Shown: piece after piece, positions 60,967-64,000 of the stretch
Position numbering within the stretch: position 1 is the first letter of the stretch
Layout: each line of letters starts with the position of its first letter
Source of the DNA: Candidatus Latescibacterota bacterium
GTDB taxonomy: Bacteria; Latescibacterota; UBA2968; GCA-2709665
Direction: 5' to 3'
DNA length: 64,000 nt
NCBI GenBank assembly: GCA_965219455.1
Contig: OZ244744.1
Span: 128,001-192,000 of the forward strand
Made by a program: the position numbers and the translations under genes
The notes under the pieces: generated by a model
Databases searched by the model: none
Seen by the model: the letters and a program-made list of their open reading frames with translations, nothing else
Told to the model about the DNA's origin: nothing

Positions 60967-61565
60967 ACGCGCTCGACGAAATTCTTCAGGATTCGCAGTC
61001 CGAGATCCTGGCTCTTCTCGGGGTGAAACTGAATCCCGTAGGTGGCCCCCCGGCCCGCGATGGACGTATAGTCAAGCGCGTAGTCCGTTGTCGCCACACA
61101 GTCGGTCTCGACTTCAGGATCCACGTAGTATGAATGTACGAAATAGAAGAATGCCTCGTCGGGAATGCCCGTCAGAAGCGGCGTCTGTTTTTGAATTTGA
61201 ATCTGGTTCCACCCGATCTGCGGTACTCGCACACCCTCTGGAAACCGACGTACAGAACCCGGAAAAACGTCAAATCCGCGGTGGCGGCCCATCTCGTTGC
61301 TTTCGGTAAAAAGAAGCTGGAGACCGACGCAGATCCCCAGGAATGGACGACCGCTGGCAATCGAATCCATGAGAGGTTCGATCAGCCCCGCTGCATTCAG
61401 GTTCACCATCGTGTCTCCAAAGGCCCCGACTCCGGGCAATACCACGCGGTCAGCACGGTACACGTCTTCCGGGCGATCCGTAATCACCGCGGCGTGCCCG
61501 ACGCGTTCAAATCCCTTTTGCACGCTACGCAGATTGCCTATGCCGCAGTCCACAATCACGATCAT
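60960..61565 (-). CDS. hisH: Imidazole glycerol phosphate synthase glutaminase subunit
   Basis: GNLRSV, LPGVGAF, GICVGLQ, YFVHSY, QFHPEKS. The upstream part of the long ORF is MITE sequence. Confidence 0.96.
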   Translation of the reverse strand: MIVIVDCGIGNLRSVQKGFERVGHAAVITDRPEDVYRADRVVLPGVGAFGDTMVNLNAAGLIEPLMDSIASGRPFLGICVGLQLLFTESNEMGRHRGFDVFPGSVRRFPEGVRVPQIGWNQIQIQKQTPLLTGIPDEAFFYFVHSYYVDPEVETDCVATTDYALDYTSIAGRGATYGIQFHPEKSQDLGLRILKNFVERVC

Positions 61566-61592
61566 CACAACCCCCGTCCGGACCTCCGCTAT

Positions 61593-61779
61593 CAGTCCGT
61601 TGAAAAAGTTGCTCTGCAGGCGAGGCCGAGCCATTGTGACCGAAGACAAGGCGCCTGCCTGTGCGGTGCACGCAGACAGGCGCGACTGAGCCGAATCGGG
61701 GGATTCGGGGAGGGAGCGCAACGCAGTAATTCGGCAACAAGAGCCGGCCGCAGACCGGATGGACTTTTTCAACGGGCTG
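61593..61779 (-). mobile_element. MITE family A, copy 3 (187 bp, with a nested 27-bp hairpin)
   Basis: Same TIRs; CTAT direct repeats at 61589-92 and 61780-83, the second containing the proC stop. Confidence 0.9.
61654..61680. repeat. REP-like hairpin inserted inside MITE A copy 3
   Basis: cctgcctgtgcggtgcacgcagacagg is absent from copies 1 and 2; imperfect stem cctgcctgtg / cgcagacagg. Confidence 0.75.
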
Positions 61780-62598
61780 CTATGCTCCCAACTCCTCCGA
61801 CCGCCGCGTCGCAGCTTCCACCGCCTTCATCAACGCGGCGCGAACTCCGCCCAGTTCCATGGCCTGTAACCCGGCGATGGTCGTACCGCCGGCGGACGTT
61901 ACCTGGTCTTTCAACACCGCCGGGTGCTGTCCGCTCTGGATCACCATCTTTGCACTGCCAAAAACCGTTTGCGCTGCCAGCTTGAGCGCGACGGGCTTCG
62001 GAATTCCCATCCTGACACCCCCATCGGCCAGCGCATCGATTATTAAATACACAAAGGCAGGGCCGCTGCCGGAAAGTCCGGTCACCGCATCCATTTGCGC
62101 TTCGTTCAGGCGCACCGACTCACCCACCGTTTCCAGGATGGCTTCAGCGGTCGCGAAGTGTGCTTCCTGCGCGAATCGACCCGCGCAAATGGCCGCGACA
62201 GACGAGCGAATCTGTGCAAGAATATTCGGCATCGCCCGCACAACCGGCACCCGCCCGCCCAGAACTTTCTCAATCGCCCCGGTCCGCACGCCGCCCATAA
62301 TCGAAAGCACCATCTGCCGATCGGTAAGGGAAGGCGCCAGCGGCGCCGCAACCGATGCCCAGATCTGGGGCTTCAGACCCAGCACCACCACGTCCTGTTC
62401 CGCGGCAACTTCAGCGGCGTTGCGGCTTGTCTGCACACCCAGCGTCTGCCGATGGGCCTCCAACAATGCCGCATCGATATCCACGGCCGTCACCCGTTCC
62501 GGGGGCAGAGCACCGGAATGCACCAGACCCGAGATCAACGCGCCGCCCATATTTCCGGCGCCAACGACAGCGATCTTTATGTTTTTTATTTCATCCAT
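61780..62598 (-). CDS. proC: Pyrroline-5-carboxylate reductase
   Basis: GAGNMG, KPQ, RAMPN, LSGSGPA, VTSAGGTT. Confidence 0.96.
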   Translation of the reverse strand: MDEIKNIKIAVVGAGNMGGALISGLVHSGALPPERVTAVDIDAALLEAHRQTLGVQTSRNAAEVAAEQDVVVLGLKPQIWASVAAPLAPSLTDRQMVLSIMGGVRTGAIEKVLGGRVPVVRAMPNILAQIRSSVAAICAGRFAQEAHFATAEAILETVGESVRLNEAQMDAVTGLSGSGPAFVYLIIDALADGGVRMGIPKPVALKLAAQTVFGSAKMVIQSGQHPAVLKDQVTSAGGTTIAGLQAMELGGVRAALMKAVEAATRRSEELGA

Positions 62599-62656
62599 AT
62601 CCGTGCATTTCAATCCGAATTTCTCTTGGGCAATCTGGTTTCCAGGATTTATGGGT

Positions 62657-63586
62657 TTATTGATTAACAAAGGTCAGCCAGCCGTACCGGTCGTCCGCCT
62701 CGCCCGACACGACACCGAAAAAAGCGTCCTGCAGTGCTTTTGTAATGGGCCCGCGGATCCCTTCACCGATCGGAATGTGATCAATCCGTGCAACTGGCGT
62801 CACCTCGGCCGCGCTGCCGGTAAAAAAGACTTCGTCGGCAATATACAGTGCCTCTCTCGGTATGGCGCGCTGAGTGACCGCATATCCCAGTTCTCGCGCC
62901 AGCGTAATTACCGTATGACGGGTAATGCCAGGCAGAATTGACGATCCGGTGGAGGGGGTGTAGATCGCGCCGTTCTTCACCATAAAAATGTTCTCTCCGC
63001 TGGCTTCGCTCACGTGGCCCTGTGCATCCAGCGCGATCCCTTCCACGTATCCATCGGCGAGCGCCTCCAGCTTGATCAACTGCGAGTTCATGTAATTCGC
63101 GCCCACCTTGGCCAACGACGGCATCGTATTCGGCGCCAGGCGGTTCCACGAGGAAAACCGCACCGCCGCACCCTTTTCTAGAGCCTCCTCGCCCAGATAG
63201 GCGCCCCATTCCCACACGGCAATCACGACTTCAACGGGACAGGGCGAGGGATCCACGCCCAGACTTCCGTATCCTCGAAAGATGACGGGGCGCACGTAAC
63301 AGGCCTGAAGTCCGTTCGTTCGGATGGACTCCAGAATGGCCTGAGACAATTCCTCACGTTCATAAGGAATTGGCATCCGATAGATCTTGGCTGAATCGTA
63401 CAGACGATTCACGTGATCCGCCAACCGGAAACAGGCCGGTCCCCTCCGCGTATTGTAACAGCGAACTCCCTCAAAAATACTGGATCCATAGTGCACGACG
63501 TGCGACAACACGTGAATCCTTGCGTCGTCCCAATCCACGAACTTTCCGTTAAACCAGATCTTGTCCGCCTTCGGCATCGGAGGCAT
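62657..63586 (-). CDS. ilvE: Branched-chain amino acid aminotransferase
   Basis: HYGSSIFEGVR, YVRP, AKVGANY, EASGENIF, LPGITR, TGSAAEVTP. Confidence 0.95.
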   Translation of the reverse strand: MPPMPKADKIWFNGKFVDWDDARIHVLSHVVHYGSSIFEGVRCYNTRRGPACFRLADHVNRLYDSAKIYRMPIPYEREELSQAILESIRTNGLQACYVRPVIFRGYGSLGVDPSPCPVEVVIAVWEWGAYLGEEALEKGAAVRFSSWNRLAPNTMPSLAKVGANYMNSQLIKLEALADGYVEGIALDAQGHVSEASGENIFMVKNGAIYTPSTGSSILPGITRHTVITLARELGYAVTQRAIPREALYIADEVFFTGSAAEVTPVARIDHIPIGEGIRGPITKALQDAFFGVVSGEADDRYGWLTFVNQ

Positions 63587-63776
63587 TTCTAATCCCTTTT
63601 GGATGGATGGACGTGTATCCTGCGGAGGACGTCTCCCGCAGACATATAGCTTGCATCGGTACACCCTTTTCCCCCGGCCGCCGGCCCGCAGCAGGCTGTG
63701 GGAGCCTTTTACTCTTCCGTTCGATTCAACTGTGTGTCACCGTGGGGAATCTGTGAAAGTGTGTTCGCCATAGCCG

Positions 63777-64000
63777 CTATCGGCGCCGGAAAATCTGGCC
63801 GCTGGGATCACAAGATGCCTTGAGCGCGCGACAAATCCGCTCAAACTGCGGTATGGAGATCGCCTCCGGTCGCAACCTGAAATCGATGTCGGCTACTGCA
63901 CCCACGCGTTGCAGGATCTCCATCTTGCCATCTACCATTCCCAGCAGGGCATTCTTCAACATCTTTCGCCGCTGACCGAAAGCCGCGCGAACCACGCGAA
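63777..64000 (-). CDS. rsmA: 16S rRNA dimethyladenosine transferase, C-terminal fragment (5' end outside the window)
   Basis: VRAAFGQRRKMLKNAL...RPEAISIPQF. Confidence 0.85.
   Translation of the reverse strand, partial: RVVRAAFGQRRKMLKNALLGMVDGKMEILQRVGAVADIDFRLRPEAISIPQFERICRALKASCDPSGQIFRRR

Noticed and set aside
61566-61772. 69-aa N-terminal extension of HisH in the ORF track
   Set aside because: It is translated MITE sequence starting at a TTG in the TIR; canonical HisH starts at MIVIVD (61565).
60323-62941. Long antisense ORFs (e.g. 60323-61309, 61859-62941; also 42993-44018 and 46126-47097 overlapping lyase genes)
   Set aside because: These are typical high-GC shadow frames of well-supported genes, with no motifs of their own.

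Overview
GC-rich chromosomal window from a non-photosynthetic, diderm bacterium. The EF-hand/dockerin-like C-terminal module, many phytanoyl-CoA dioxygenase, heparinase II/III and sugar-epimerase genes, and the short RpoD-like sigma factor suggest an FCB-group organism such as Ca. Latescibacterota; this is inference, not a database result. The left half (1-31 kb) is accessory and catabolic: two DUF3179 paralogues with outer-membrane barrels, an orphan helicase-associated/WYL protein, FTR catalytic subunit, a DksA-type zinc-finger gene pair, an orphan OmpR/GlnR-like regulator, prmA, ssb and a sugar-catabolic operon. The right half is mostly core: hup, rho, rpmE, prfA, prmC, xth, ispB-like, secDF, PBP1A, valS, recO, ftsB, proB, hisF, hisH, proC, ilvE and partial rsmA. 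I saw no tRNA, rRNA, CRISPR array, transposase or prophage. Most notable observations: (1) two unrelated ~160-bp MITE families with 4-bp YTAK-like target duplications carry the same internal structured core (CAAGGCG...AACGCAG); the three family-A copies sit at gene 3' ends in the same orientation relative to transcription, and one holds a nested REP-like hairpin. (2) A complete sigma54-to-sigma70 cascade is readable from the DNA: PAS kinase, NtrC-type activator, tandem enhancer palindromes, a -24/-12 promoter, then PTS EIIA and an alternative sigma70. (3) A ~50-nt promoter-to-terminator sRNA candidate. (4) A small membrane-protein gene with an in-frame amber codon that the ORF track missed.
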